A DNA stretch of 63,752 bases, the filler included, from Sphacelaria rigidula (lineage: Eukaryota): NCBI GenBank assembly GCA_964200075.2. It is 10 parts of 10 records of this genome, joined end to end, with 100 filler letters (N's around TTAATTAATTAA, not from the genome) between each part and the next. Parts side by side here need not be neighbours in the genome. Positions count along the whole stretch, not along the records: positions 57,468 to 63,752 come from CAXNAA020021017.1; 9 more parts are not named here. The stretch is one strand, 5' to 3'. Below the pieces are notes generated by a model that worked only from the letters and a program-made list of their open reading frames with translations, made no database searches and had not been told where the DNA came from. Made by a program: the position numbers and the translations under genes. Shown piece after piece: positions 61,730 through 63,752 of the stretch (position 1 is the stretch's first letter; each line of letters begins with the position of its first letter).

Positions 61730-63603
61730 CTTTACATTAAAAANNNNNNNNNNCGTTCCGATAACTGCGCGGTACATTCGTACTGGGCATTTGATGCGGA
61801 CGCCTTCCGCAGTCACAGGCTAGCAAAAAACTAAGAAAAACAAAATATGTGGGGGGAGGTAATACTTCGGTGGGGAGTGCTGGAGAAGAAGGCTCGTAAC
61901 CGATACACCCGGCAGGACTCGTGTCTGGTGCATCTTCCACTGTTGCGACGAATATCAAAGCACCGATGTCAAGTGCTGGAGCGCTGCATTGGCGTCAAGT
62001 GACTCTAGGTACTATCCAGAGGTTTTCTTCGGCAGGTGTTGTGCCTGTCGACCGTAGCGCAGAATGCTTGCGCGCCGATCTATCTATACCCGGTTCTGTT
62101 CGTTCATTTATGGCTCGCGTTTTCTCGACTCCGGATCAACACTCACATCAATAAGTGTGGGGTTGCTGAGACAGATGTTTTCACAGTTTGGATGCCCCAA
62201 GCTACAGCTACCATATAAAAATGGACCGAAAATGGCACAATGCGCCACGGGTGCGTCCGTGTCTGTTTCTCATAAAACGGTGCTTATTGTTGTTAGCGTG
62301 CGAACGCCGTGGGGGGCTGTGAAGATGTCGCCAATCACTTTCACGGTCATGCCTGGCAAAGATGACGTGGTGTTATTTGGCATGGCGACTATAAAGGAAC
62401 TCGGGGTAGATTTGTATCCGCTGGCTTTGGAAAAGTCACGCCCGCGTGCTGTGCCGGTGCAGACCAGCGTGAACAACCCCAACTATCTTTCGGCTGGGCA
62501 GGTGATCGTCCCTGAGTGGTCGTTTCAAAGTGACAGCAAGAAGGATACAGTTGAAAAGGAAGAGGAAGCCTCTTAGAGTGGAGCCGTACAGCCTATGAGG
62601 GTGCAGCCCCAGTCACCGGCGACGGCTACGGAGGCCCAGCTCCATTGCAACGATCCGGTAAAGGCCGGGTGGCTAGCTTCGTGCATTGCAGTTTTGATGG
62701 CGTTTGGGTTACTATACAGCAGTTTGCGGTCAAGCTTAGAGAGCGGCGATGGAAATGCCGGAACACTTCTGCTCCCGACGGGTGAGCGAATGCAAGGTGG
62801 GGGCGCACAACCCCCCTCCCCACGAGGATATGGTGCATGGTGGGGATAAGGTGCATAGTACTCGCCCGGAGGAGGTGATGAAATTTAATTTCCCCAGCAA
62901 TGGAGCGAGTGGTCAACTGGAAAATGGTGGGTTGGACGACGGAGATCGGATCCAAGACAACTTGGTGATCAAAGACGATGTGAGCAACTTCGTGTGGTTG
63001 GAGCCCGCGGAGTCTAGTGTGGAGGCGAAGAAGGTGGAGCATTTTCTGACATGGTTCAAAGCAAAAGCGATTGGGTCGCCGGAGGTATGGGTCGGCGATA
63101 CGGGATGGCATGTGGAGAATTGTGCGATGAGAGCGTTTAAGAAGGCACTGATGGATTGTAGATTTCGGATGGTCAATACGCCATTGTCCCATCGTAAATG
63201 TAAGCGAATTATGTGTGATATTACTCATATGATGTCAGGTAAGGTGCTTAATGAGGATGATGTGGTGCCCTCGAGAGCTGTTGCTATGCAGGACTGTACG
63301 GTTGTTCCCGTTCCCCCTCTCGTTTCGCCTGAAAAAGCGACTGAAACAGGAAAAATCGTCGATGCGCAAGCTTCTGTGGAGGCAGAGTATTTGTCGCATT
63401 GGTTCGGCAGTAAGGATATGCTGTTTGGTGGCATACTGAGATGCACCATGGAGGTGCTAGATGTGGCTGCTAGGAGCTACCGTACGAGAGGAAATGTTGC
63501 TCTATGGTGTGCAGAGGGTAGTGATTCCAGTGCTGCTACTTCGCAGGAGCGGACTAGAAGCCTACAAAGCTGGGATCACCTGAGATTAGTGATACAGTGG
63601 TGA
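61380..63603 (+). mobile_element. Decayed Ty3/gypsy-like element: gag knuckle, aspartic protease, integrase remnant
   Basis: CYNCGD..; FLDSGSTLTSIS...VLFGMATIKELGVD (62064-62576); VIKDDVSNFVWLEPA...GSPEVWVGDTG.H (62749-63603). Confidence 0.75.
61677..61728. repeat. (TTG)n microsatellite
   Basis: About 16 units next to a short N gap. Confidence 0.95.
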
Positions 63604-63752
63604 GCTCCGGGTTGAATATCGTTAAGGAGCAAGTAACAGCCGATTTTAAAGTTTGGAGTTCATACAAAATATGGGGTTGACGTGGCATTTCTCTCTTGCA
63701 CGGAAGACCCGAAACATTAGAGACGTAGCGAAGCCATCTTCCCCCCCAAATG

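Overview
Eukaryotic, intron- and transposon-rich DNA, most likely a brown alga (Phaeophyceae). The taxon is inferred from exon/intron style and repeat content, not from a search. The window is not one locus. It is ten pieces (6286, 6286, then eight of 6285 bp) joined by identical 100-nt linkers (44 N + TTAATTAATTAA + 44 N), most simply length-sorted contigs, so nothing can be inferred across linkers. Host genes are seen only as partial exon sets with in-phase GT-AG splice sites: an ascorbate-peroxidase-type class I peroxidase (3 exons), ERH (2), an ARP4-like actin-related protein (2) and RPB2 (4). The rest is mostly mobile DNA: three decayed Ty1/copia elements, Ty3/gypsy remnants, a multi-copy LINE, two tRNA-derived SINE families and many non-autonomous TIR elements. 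The most unusual observations are (i) a 1.28-kb TIR element with an 8-bp TSD carrying about 15 units of a regularly interspaced 42-43-bp array (conserved 12-bp palindrome, variable 6 nt, conserved 8-mer, variable 16-17 nt); (ii) a LINE whose visible 3' ends all abut C-rich runs rather than poly(A), suggesting priming on genomic G-runs; (iii) a TG...CA, 5-bp-TSD MITE with telomere-like repeats; and (iv) a MITE whose internal cassette is in opposite orientation in two copies.
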